From IMG/VR virus record IMGVR_UViG_3300046804_006785: DNA of 64,000 nt; one strand, given 5' to 3'. Below, piece by piece: positions 1-10,400 of the stretch (positions are counted from its first letter, which is position 1; every line of letters begins with the position of its first letter). This stretch comes from a virus. Under the pieces are notes generated by a model. That model searched no databases. It saw nothing but the letters and a program-made list of their open reading frames with translations, and had not been told where the DNA came from. The position numbers and the translations under genes are program-made.

Positions 1-371
1 GTGATGGAAGTTCCTTTTGTAAAAGATGCCCTTTCATCACTGGAATAAGTAACTATTTTTAAGAGTCGTTGGTATTCTAAACCGTATTTGCTCAAAGCGT
101 AACTATTGTCGGATAACTGTTGTAATTCTACCCTGTAAGAATCATCTTCTACTTCTAAAATTCTTAATGTTCCTGCCGTGTAGTCGCTGTTTTCACTAGG
201 TTTAGTAATGGAGATTTTATGAGCTATTAGTAACTCGGTTGCTGTGTTTTTTAAAGTTCCCCAATTATAAATATTTATTTCTGACAGAACGTCAGTCATA
301 AATAAATCAAACTTAGTTTCCTCACCTGCAAATTCTGGATATTTAACAATAAAATCAGCAAAGTAAATCAT
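1..371 (-). CDS. Putative head-tail adaptor (DUF4054-like), runs off the window edge; not in ORF track
   Basis: Own translation from ATG at 371: MIYFADFIVKYPEFAGEE...SKYGLEYQRLL, no stop before base 1; F..YPEF and YG.EY motifs resemble DUF4054 adaptors. Confidence 0.65.
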   Translation of the reverse strand, partial: MIYFADFIVKYPEFAGEETKFDLFMTDVLSEINIYNWGTLKNTATELLIAHKISITKPSENSDYTAGTLRILEVEDDSYRVELQQLSDNSYALSKYGLEYQRLLKIVTYSSDERASFTKGTSI

Positions 372-795
372 GATAGAGTCCTATGTTTCCCAAACTATTG
401 GTTATGTGAATAAGCCGCATTTTGCGACTAATTTAATCTTAACTTTTAAAGTGGGTGGCGGACAATTTATTGAGGATGCTGTGGGTAATTTAGTTGAAAG
501 TTCTACTAATGTTGTAGTGACAGCAACGGTAAGCAATGACTCTCAACCTAGCGTTATTCCTGAAGTGGCAGAAATAGGACAGCAAGTTATGCGACTTAAA
601 GGCAGATTAACTTCAGAGTTACCTCCAGAAATCAGTTACGAGTCTATAGCAACGGGAGTTTTAACTGATGCTCAAGGAATGGAAACCATAGGGATATGGC
701 GATTCAGACCTGTTGCTCAGAACCGGATCACTAATTATTTAATAGCTAGAAATAAATATATTGAAGGTACTTTAACAATAGCTAGTAAGGTGTAA
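370..795 (+). CDS. Putative head-closure/neck protein
   Basis: 141-aa ORF at head of the tail operon; positional inference. Confidence 0.5.
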   Translation: MIESYVSQTIGYVNKPHFATNLILTFKVGGGQFIEDAVGNLVESSTNVVVTATVSNDSQPSVIPEVAEIGQQVMRLKGRLTSELPPEISYESIATGVLTDAQGMETIGIWRFRPVAQNRITNYLIARNKYIEGTLTIASKV

Positions 796-799
796 AGAA

Positions 800-1195
800 A
801 TGGTAGAAGTTAACTGGAATCAAATTAATATTCCTAAAAAACTTAAGGCAATTCATTCTTGGAATACACCTTATGCTGCTATGGTTCATGAGGGTACAAC
901 TTCTGTTAATGGTAATGTAAAACCTGCCCGACCTTGGGTAGATGTAGCTATCAAAGAATATGATTTTTTAGAAAATTATGCTGATGGTTTTTCCCAATCT
1001 GAAAGCTTCAAAGAGGCATTTTTAAAAATGTCCGAAGGATTTGGAGAAAACTGTCAATTAAATATTAGCGATACTAGGTGGCAATGGCCGCGCACTACTG
1101 TTAGAAAAAGTGGTGCTGTTGTTGATTCTCCTCGAGATATCGTTGATACGGGTGCGTTGAAAAATTCTTATCAGGTGCAGTATGAAAGTAGCTGA
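800..1195 (+). CDS. Putative tail completion/neck protein (HK97 gp10-like)
   Basis: YAAMVHEGT, PARPW and DTGALKNS motifs typical of this family. Confidence 0.6.
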   Translation: MVEVNWNQINIPKKLKAIHSWNTPYAAMVHEGTTSVNGNVKPARPWVDVAIKEYDFLENYADGFSQSESFKEAFLKMSEGFGENCQLNISDTRWQWPRTTVRKSGAVVDSPRDIVDTGALKNSYQVQYESS

Positions 1196-1550
1196 TTTAA
1201 GAAGAATTTTAACCACTTTGTTAGCTACGGAGCTAGGTGTTTACTCAAATGGAACTCCCTCTGTTTGGGTTTATGGTAGTTCTTCTCAACCGCCTTCATC
1301 TAGTAACGGGCTTGAATGTTTGATTAAAGAAACTCCCGATACTGTAGCTATGGCTACTAGTGCCGGGTATAAGTACAAACCACAATTATGGGAAGTGACT
1401 TTAAGGAATTGGGCTAAAAACTCTAATTTACCTCTAGCAGTTTCCAAAATTGAAAAACGTTTTAATGTGACTCGCTATACCCATCTTCCGGCAGCGTCTG
1501 ACACTTTAGAACAAAGCAGAATCCTCATTTTTGACCCTATTGTAATTTAA
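1182..1550 (+). CDS. Putative tail terminator
   Basis: 122 aa, position upstream of tail tube gene. Confidence 0.45.
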   Translation: MKVADLRRILTTLLATELGVYSNGTPSVWVYGSSSQPPSSSNGLECLIKETPDTVAMATSAGYKYKPQLWEVTLRNWAKNSNLPLAVSKIEKRFNVTRYTHLPAASDTLEQSRILIFDPIVI

Positions 1551-1554
1551 TGTT

Positions 1555-2166
1555 ATGCCCATCACTTTAGATTTTAGTCGTCCAAAATCTGTTACTACAA
1601 ACTCAACTAACGCGGTTATCAATGCGGGTACTGCGGTAGAAGTTGATACAGGTTCAGAAGAGTCTTACTTTTTGCCTTTCACCCATGCGTCTATTACTCC
1701 TAGCGCGTTTAATGTAGCTGGTTGTAACTTAGTAGCAAGTAACACCACTATTACCACTACTACTGCTGATGGCTTTGCGTCTGTGCGAGTGGGTGATGTT
1801 GTCACTGTTAATGCTGGTGGCGGTACTATTTCTGCTAACACTGTAACTGCTGTTAATAGCACAACTTCTATTACTTTAAGCGTTGCGCCTTCTGCTAGTA
1901 GTTCATCTGCTAATAGCACTACCCTAACAATTACACCTCCCGCTATTACACCTACTACTTGGGGTATTCGCTTAACTTATGTCAGGTCTGGCTCTGTGGT
2001 TTCTATTCGTCCTACTTTGTTTCTTTATGACGGTAGTTTGAATGGTGCGGCAGGTACGGCGGCTAATGCTACCGCTGTTATTAACTTGGTTGATGCTCAG
2101 GGTAACTCGCCTAGCGTTGATCTGGATGCTTTTTATAGCAATATTCGCGTAGCTAGAACTGCTTAA
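1555..2166 (+). CDS. Virion structural protein, Thr/Ser-rich beta-type
   Basis: 203 aa T/S/A/V-rich ORF within tail operon. Confidence 0.5.
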   Translation: MPITLDFSRPKSVTTNSTNAVINAGTAVEVDTGSEESYFLPFTHASITPSAFNVAGCNLVASNTTITTTTADGFASVRVGDVVTVNAGGGTISANTVTAVNSTTSITLSVAPSASSSSANSTTLTITPPAITPTTWGIRLTYVRSGSVVSIRPTLFLYDGSLNGAAGTAANATAVINLVDAQGNSPSVDLDAFYSNIRVARTA

Positions 2167-2207
2167 TCTCTTTAATTTTGTTTAATCTCAAATAGGATTT
2201 TTAAATT

Positions 2208-2966
2208 ATGGCTATTGCTAATCGTCCCGTACAAACTGTCATTCTTCAAAACTATACTTTAGATTTGAAGTTGCTACCAGAGAATACTCGTAGTGTCACT
2301 ACAGCAACTATTACCGCCCCATCTGGTGCTGCTGAAAGTGCTACTACTCTTAATGTAGTCACTACCGCAGGTGTTAACTACACAATTGCGGCTGGTACAT
2401 CTTTAAATTTTGCTGCTCCTTCTAACCCTCTTAGCAGACAACAGGTATTAGTGTTAGCTAACGCGACTTTGAACGGTACAAGTACCGTAACTCTTAGCAT
2501 TGCTCCTTTATTAGACCCCATTGTTGCTAACTCTACATCTCGCTTAGTGCAAGATATGTTCCCACTATTGGGAATTACTAGCTTTGGGTTACAGCCTTCT
2601 CCTACTGTTGTGGATACTACACACTCTCAATCCGGTTCAGGTACTAGTTCTGCTATTATCCGTTCTAAGCGGGAAATATCTGTAGAAGGTATTGAATATG
2701 TAGGTGATATTGCTTTAGAACAATTCATCAAACGTACACACTTCGATCCTGTGTACATGAACCGTGAATTGTACGCTATTGCTACCTATCCTAACGGATC
2801 TAGATTTGAAGGGGCTGCTAAGTCTACCGCTTTAAACTTGACAGGTACACCAATGGAAGTAATGAAGTATACCTTTACTTTAGAGTTCCAAGACGATTGG
2901 ATTTGGACTCCTGCCTACTACGCTAGTGGCGGTTTATCTAATGGTTTCCCCAACTATAACCTCTAA
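2208..2966 (+). CDS. Major tail tube protein
   Basis: C-terminal half has siphovirus tube pattern (VVDTT...REISVEG...YPNGSRFEGAA...KYTFTLEFQ); upstream of chaperone and tape measure. Confidence 0.7.
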   Translation: MAIANRPVQTVILQNYTLDLKLLPENTRSVTTATITAPSGAAESATTLNVVTTAGVNYTIAAGTSLNFAAPSNPLSRQQVLVLANATLNGTSTVTLSIAPLLDPIVANSTSRLVQDMFPLLGITSFGLQPSPTVVDTTHSQSGSGTSSAIIRSKREISVEGIEYVGDIALEQFIKRTHFDPVYMNRELYAIATYPNGSRFEGAAKSTALNLTGTPMEVMKYTFTLEFQDDWIWTPAYYASGGLSNGFPNYNL

Positions 2967-3208
2967 TGAAAGTTTTGAAAGATAGTACAGGTTTACTGGC
3001 TGTCTTAATTAACTGCCGCATTACGCAAGATAGGTTGTTATGTGGTGCGGCAGTTTTTAGGGGTGGTTTATCTGGAGAAATTATTGTTTCTAATGACAAA
3101 TCTACCTACAAAATTAAAATCCCTGATTCAGTTCAGACGGTGGCAACCTATCAAGTTTTTGCAGACTCAGATGATAATTTGGAGATTGAATATGCGTCCA
3201 GTAATTAA
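2966..3208 (+). CDS. Hypothetical protein
   Basis: 80-aa ORF coupled to tube gene (TAATG overlap). Confidence 0.55.
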   Translation: MKVLKDSTGLLAVLINCRITQDRLLCGAAVFRGGLSGEIIVSNDKSTYKIKIPDSVQTVATYQVFADSDDNLEIEYASSN

Positions 3209-4025
3209 TAAAAAGCCAAGATACGAAATTGTTCCAGTTGGTGATGATCTATCAGGAATTATCTATTTAGAAAAGCGTGGATCTTTGACTGTTGGCGAAG
3301 CTAGTGCTGTGGATATGATTGATGCTAAACGTCAAAAAGCAGCAATTATTGCTTCTAAATTAGTTAAAAAAATCTCCGTTGATCGTGGTGTAACCATTGC
3401 TGAGGCTCAAGAATTATTATCCCCTACTCGCAACGCTGATAGTGGTGTTGAGGTTGATAATTCTGCTGTAATCTATGATTACATTGAGGATTTTACTGAG
3501 TTAAATTCTTTAAGTGCCATTGATAGTGCTTCTGTTTCTATTGCTATAGCTACTTTATTAATTCAAAAACGGGTAGCTTTTCCTGTGGAATTATTAGCAC
3601 CTGTAGCATTTAATTCTACTCAGATTAAAATTGCGCCTGTTAACTTTTATCTGAAGGATAAACAGGTAATTAAATTTGGTGATTGCTTAGTAGTTGTTAA
3701 CGGTAATCATGAACCTGCTAATGAGCAAGATTATCTGAATATTAATGTTCTACCTGTGTCTGAAAATCTGGAAGCTGTAACTGGTTTCTTGTACAACAAA
3801 GCTGAGAAAAAATATCAGGTTGGTACTGAAGATTGGACAGAAGAAGATACCAAGGGCTGCAGTAATGAATTTGTTTCAGCTATCTACAAGTTCTATGAAA
3901 ATGAACGCAGTCGTTGGCAAGTAGAAGCACCTGTAACTAATGCGGCTGTCCAGGGGGAGCAACAGCAACCAGTCCAATTGACTGGAGTAGCATCTACTGG
4001 CGAATCCAGTCCTATAGGATATTAG
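3192..4025 (+). CDS. Tail assembly chaperone (gpG-like)
   Basis: More likely start is ATG 3192 (MRPVINKK, GGAG upstream); lies between tube and tape measure genes; followed by an ATG-less -1 frame. Confidence 0.7.
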   Translation: MRPVINKKPRYEIVPVGDDLSGIIYLEKRGSLTVGEASAVDMIDAKRQKAAIIASKLVKKISVDRGVTIAEAQELLSPTRNADSGVEVDNSAVIYDYIEDFTELNSLSAIDSASVSIAIATLLIQKRVAFPVELLAPVAFNSTQIKIAPVNFYLKDKQVIKFGDCLVVVNGNHEPANEQDYLNINVLPVSENLEAVTGFLYNKAEKKYQVGTEDWTEEDTKGCSNEFVSAIYKFYENERSRWQVEAPVTNAAVQGEQQQPVQLTGVASTGESSPIGY

Positions 4026-4351
4026 ACCCTAGATTTGCTGATTGGGATACCTTTCTCGATCAGCCTATTCATATAGTTTTTGAGTGCATTGAGGCACTTG
4101 AAAAGAACAGGAAAGAGCAGTCAAACATTGAGGCAAGGGTTCACGCTATCGGATGGTCTGGACTGTTTAACGGGTTCAAAAAAGAAACAGATCCGAGTAT
4201 TGATTTTGTGGACTTGTTGCCCTTTGCAGACGAAATTAAAGAGAATAATCGGAAAGTCAGTGAACGGACAGAAGCGATTATTTCTGAATTAATTAAAACT
4301 AATGGTTTGTCTGCTCCTGTTCTGTCCGCGTTGAGTCTGCTATTACCTTGA
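3953..4351 (+). CDS. -1 frameshift extension of tail assembly chaperone (gpGT-like)
   Basis: -1 frame open from 3941 to TGA 4349-4351 with no ATG (IDWSSIYWRIQ...SALSLLLP); candidate slippery G GGG GAG at 3953-3959. Confidence 0.7.
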   Translation, partial: GGATATSPIDWSSIYWRIQSYRILDPRFADWDTFLDQPIHIVFECIEALEKNRKEQSNIEARVHAIGWSGLFNGFKKETDPSIDFVDLLPFADEIKENNRKVSERTEAIISELIKTNGLSAPVLSALSLLLP

Positions 4352-4413
4352 TTGTAAATTACGAATTTTAATTACGAATTTACAATCTTTTTTTATAAGA
4401 GGAGATTTTTATT

Positions 4414-7400
4414 ATGAATTTAGGTGAGTTAATTGTTGAATTGTGTGCTGATACTGCACAATTAGAAAAATCTCTAGAACAGGCTAAAAAGAAAGCCTAT
4501 GAAGCGGCTGCAAGTATTGAAAAAAGTTTTGATAAAATTAATTTAGAAATTAATGTTGACGATGATAGTTTAGCTGACTTAAATAAACATCTAAATCTTA
4601 AAGTACAACACCTTAAAGAAGTTAATAAATATTTTAATAATAATCCGATTGTTGTTAATGTTGACGACGATCAACTTGTTGATCTTAATAAACACTTACA
4701 TACTAAAGTACAGCACCTTAAAGAAGTTAATAAATACTTTAATAGTAATCCTATAACTGTTAATACTGATGTTACTAAATTAGATGAGTTAGAACAAAGA
4801 TTGGGTAATTTATCTAGTAAAACTATTACCATAACCGTTGAATCTGATTTAAGTAAGCAATTAGAAAAAAGTTTAACTGATGCTGTTCAAAGTGCTGTAA
4901 GAGATGCTGTAAGTGAACAGTCAGCTACATCTCAACAACAGTCACAAAGAGAAAGCGCGCCATCTAATAGACCTCAACGAGTTGATGTAGTTGCTAGTCC
5001 TATGCGGTCTATTGTTGATGGACTTTTTGAAGGCGTTGGGAAGAAACTTACTAAGGGACTTGATCGCAGTATTGAAGATGCTGTTGGTGTAAATATGGAC
5101 ACCATGACCAGAATATCCGGTAATATGTTATTGCGCTATTTTGGTGTAGGTAAAAAAGCACAATCAGATCCTAAGAATGAACAAAAACGCGTTGAAACTA
5201 TTGTTAAAGACGGTGTATCTGCTTTTATAAGAAGTCATGATGGTAAAACTGGAAAGGGAGGTACAGGAAGGGGTAGAACTGCTAGACCATCAGGAGATGA
5301 TGATCTTGGTGTAGATTTTGACAGCGTTAGCAGAATTGCTAGTAATAGCACATTAAGATATTTTGGTGTTGGTAAAAAAGCACAATCAGATCCAAAAAAT
5401 CAACAAGCTAAGTTAAAGGCAATTATTGAGGATGCGATTAGAGAATATTCAGGACGGGATATAGGACAGGATAATTCTGGAGTTATTTCCAGAACATTTT
5501 CGGAAATAAATACGGCATTTTCTGACAGTATTAATATTAGTGTTGAGAGTATTGCTCAAAGGGCTAAATTAGCGACTATTAGGCAAGTTAGAAAATCCGC
5601 CAGTTCAGTTACTCAAAACTCATCATCAGGTGTTCAAAATGCTGTAAGTGGTTTTTTTGATGCAGCTGAAAGTGGTGAAAGCGGAGCAATTACTAAATAT
5701 ATTGGACAAGGTTTAGCATCACAATCTAAAAAGACAGTAGAAGCTGTTTTTTCTAAAATATTTCCTAATGTGTCTTCTAGTATTAAAGGTTTATTAGGAA
5801 CGGGATTACCAAATCAAACGTCTGCACCTGTTGTTAAATCTTCCTCAGATACACTTAGAGAAGCAGCTACAGACTTAAAAAACGCTGCTAAAGCTTTAAG
5901 TGAAGCTACCATAAATTTAGGATCTGCAACTAATACAGTCAAATCTTTACCAAGTAATAAGGCTACGGATTCATCTGTAATTAACACTACTTTAAATGAT
6001 TCATTGCCTTTACCTAAGCAGCTACCAGCTAAGGAAAATAAAGTACCATTACCACTTCCAGCTAAAAAACGGGAATTAGAGCCAATTCCTGTTAATATTC
6101 CTGAGCAAATTAAGCCACTTTTCCAAACAATTCAATCTGAAATAGTTAAAAATATTGATATATCCCAAGGCTATAAAGATGCTACGGCAGCCGAAAATAA
6201 ATTAATACCTTTACCTCCTGTTTCTTCTGATAAAACAGCTAATACAAAAAAATATGCTCAGACTTCCTTAGATGAGATTGATAAAGCATTAACATCTATT
6301 AAAAAATATTTTGCAGATGAATATAAGAGAATACAAGCAAAAGTTAAACAAGCTACCACAGTAGGTACGCATGAAGAAATTAAATCAGCAAGAGCTGAAG
6401 TTACTACTTTTGTGAAAAAGTCTAGAGAAGCAGTCGCTACTGTTGATAGGTTCGTAAAAACAGGTGAGGACGCTGGCTTTAGCAAAGATATTAATAGTGA
6501 ATTGAGTGCAATTCATAGTAAAGGTAAAGCACCTATAGCTAGAAATGCTAGTAGTGCAGAAAAACTCGAAGGCAAGTTAAATCTTGCAGATAAAAAATTA
6601 TTTGATCAGCAATTAAAGGGTTATACAGAGTTAGCAACTGTATATGGAGTAGAGATCCCTAGAGGTTTGCAAAACGGGATTAAACATGGTGCTGGCGGGG
6701 TATCTGATGCCGCCCGTGTTATGCTCGATGACTTTATTAAAGTAGTCCAAACCAAAATGCAGATCCAGTCACCATCTTGGTTGATGTTTGAGATGGGTCT
6801 AATGATAACTTCGGGTTTGTTTTTAGGAATGCAAAAAGGTAATAGCAAGGTTGCTCAAGGTGCAAGACAGATAGTATCAACTGTAACTGATATTGTAGGT
6901 GCAGTAAAAACCTTTGCTGACCCAGCTCTTGGTGCAGCTAGTGTAATACCTGGACTTACATCAATTAGCACGTATGGAAGTGCTGGTCTAAGTGCTACGG
7001 ATACGGGATTGAAAATACTAGGTAAGGTTGGAGAACGTCATGCAGCAAACCCTAGTGAAACTTTATTTCAGTCTGTAGGTGGGTCTGCTAAAGATTTTGT
7101 AAATAGCATTGTTGCTGATAAAACTTTGACTACACCTAGAGCGGCTTTTGATCACACTATAAATATTGCTAAAGCTGGCGCGTTAGGTCTTGGTGCTAAT
7201 CCGATGACTGTCAGTGCCGTTGATGCTGCTCAAGCTGGTATGACCGCGTTATTAAGAAATAGTGCTATTACTAAAGCTGTTACTCAAGCTCATGGACAAA
7301 CTAAGGCGAAGTTACAAGCTGATACTTCCCTTGATTATATGTCTACGTTTAAGAGTGTTTTAAATGACAATTTGAAAGACCTTAAACTCAGTAAGAGTGA

Positions 7401-10400
7401 AATAGTAAGAGCCATTAGCAGTGTCATGAAGGTTGTACCTACAGGTTTAGGTACTGGTGCAAATTCTAATTTTGCAACTGCTGGTTATGGTGTTGATGCT
7501 GTTGTTGATACTTTGTCTGTACCTTTAGATTTATATAGAAAATCTAAATCTAAATCTAAATCTAAAGTTGGTCAGGGTTTACCAGTGAAAGATGCTATAG
7601 CTTCTAGTGTTGCAGATTATGGCGCACCTCAAGGAATAGCTAATGTTGTGGGGTCACTCGGTGCAAAACTTCACTCACCCTTAAATAATTTCATTAAGAT
7701 CGGTAAACAGACTAACGAAGGTTTGAGCCAAGGTATATTAAGCACGGTTGCCTTATCTTCTAAAGCTATAAATACTACTGGTGACGCTATTCAAAATCAG
7801 ATTAAACAAAACATGGGTATTAGTTCACCTTCAAAGGTGATGATTGCCTTGGGTGTAATGATTGCGTCAGGTCTGGCTATTGGTATTAAACAGGGTGCTG
7901 TTGACGTATCAGGTGCTAGTAAGTTTTTGACTAATGAAGTTGATAAGATTGAATACACAATTGATAAAACATTAGCGTTAGCTTATTTAAGCTTGCCTCA
8001 GAAATTTAGAAATAAAATTGATTCTTTAGCTTTTAATTACCAATTACATAAACCAGATGTAGCTAAAGAAGTAGCTAATAAATCAAGTGCTGTAGGTGAA
8101 TCTTTTAAAGGAATAGGCGAATCAGATCAATCTAACAATCCTTTAGTCGGTTTATTGTCAGCAATTAAAAAAGATTTTGGTAATAACACTGTTTTAGGTA
8201 ATTTATTTAATAGTGTCAAATCTGCATTTAGCAAAGGCGGAAGTTTAAAAGACATTGGTATTAATTTAATAACCTCTTTTGGGCAAGGATTCTTGTCTGC
8301 AAATGGTGGCGTTTTAGGGATAGTTACTAAGTTTGCTACAGGTATATTATCTACAATTAAAAGAATATTTGGGATTGCATCCCCATCAAAAGTTATGCTA
8401 GAAATGGGTCTAGATTTTGGTGAGGGTTTTGAAGATGGTGCTGTAGCTGCTTTAGTCTTAGCTAACAAGAGAATTGCTGATTTAATGGTTAAAACAGTTA
8501 ATGAAAGTAAGACAGCCACAGAATCTCAAAAAGCTCTTGTAGCTAACTATGCGGCTAATATAGACGCATATCATCAAACAATTTCTAAAGGTTACAGAGA
8601 AGGTAAGTATAACAAATCAAAGGATCTTAATGTTGCTCAAGATTTAGCAGACGGTGTAAGAGAAGGTAAATCAATGGCGGTCGACCTTGGCTTGCCTAAT
8701 GTTAAAACAAACATATCAAGTATATTACAACAGTCTAAGCGAGCTGTTAATTCTCTACCTGAAGACTATGAAGCACAGAATGTCAAAAATAATCTTGCAA
8801 CAACTGGAGGAAAAAACTCAGATGTGCTTGCGAGACAGAAAAAATTGTATGCAAACATACGTAGACTCAGATTACAAGCTCCCTCTCAGTCCTCTTCTAT
8901 AGGAACAGATGCTAGTGAATTAGCTAGACTACAACAGGAATTAACTCAGGCACGAAAAGACTCACTAAATAGCGATGCTTCAGTTAGATTAAAAGAGTCA
9001 AAGCGTTTATTTGATATGTATAGCTTACAGTTTAATAATCTGAACGAAGCTAAACAAAAAGCAGAAAGTGAATTATTATTACCTTCTAAGGGCTTAGCTC
9101 GTTTATTTAATACAGGTAAAAGAAAACAAAAACAACAGGAAATTGCAGACTATACACAAGGAATAGAATTAGTACAAGCAAAATTAAAAGAAGCTTCTGA
9201 AAACTACCAGAAAGAACGGCAGTTAAACGAACAAAACAGAGAAAATCTTAAAAGAGCATCAGAAGCTTTTTACGCGCAATACAATAAAGTTCCATTAATA
9301 CCAACAACGTCAGAACCCTTTGCTCCTATAACTGGAGCATCAAAAACCGTACGGAGATTAGTAAGAAAGAGTAAACAACACCAAATACCAGATCCTCAGA
9401 ACAGTCCAGTACAGGAGACATTAACTAATTTAGCTAGTACAGTTCAGCAAACTCAGCAAACAAGACCTCACTTATCAACTAGAACACAAGCTACACAGCC
9501 CTACCCACCCATACGTATTAACTTAAATGCGTTAATGGCTGGTAATATGTCTCGGTTATTTGATCGTTATTCACAAATTCCAGATCCTTGGTCTACTGCT
9601 CCTGGAAGCGGTGTAATCAATTTCCCAGCACCACAAATACCTCAGCCAAATACAACTTCACAATTAGGTCAGTTTATTGTATACCACGCTAGATCATGGC
9701 CACAGTCTACCACTATAAACCAACCATTTAATCCTTCTCCTAGACCTGTACCTCCTGTACCTCCTGTACCTCCAGTACCTCCTAGACCTGTACCTCCTGT
9801 ACCTCCAGTACCTCCTAGACCTGTACCTCCATCACCTCCATCACCTCCATCACCGCCCACACCGCCCATACCTCCAGTACCGCCCACACCCCCTATACCT
9901 CCAGTACCACCCACACCGCCCATACCTCCAGTACCGCCCACACCCCCTATACCTCCAGTACCACCAACAATGATGAGTCAGTATTTGAGTCTGGGTAAAG
10001 ACTTAATTACTAATCTATTTACTGCTGTTGGTGATAGTGTTCGTCAAAGCACACTTTCTGGTTATGCTTCATTAGGTCAGGTGATGCGTAATGCTGTAAA
10101 CGCTGCCTTATTCTCCCTTGCTGATACTTTGAAACAACCGCTCTATCAAGGTTTGTTGTCTCAAAGTCGCTCTATAATGCCTTGGTTTATGAAGTTCATA
10201 CCCAAGACATTACAACTTGTACCAATGCTGAAACCATTGATACCTGTACTGGGCGGCTTAACTTTAGGGTTGGGTAATGCAATTATCAAAAATTTACTTA
10301 ATAATGATGTCTTAAAACCAGGTGGGTTCTTAACAAAATTATTAAGTTCTGTTACCAGAATAGATTTATCTTCTTTATCTGGACAGAAAACACACGGGAT

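Noticed and set aside
4080-4292. 70-aa ORF in the ORF track before the tape measure gene
   Set aside because: Overlaps the longer -1 frame (3941-4351) that fits the chaperone frameshift product
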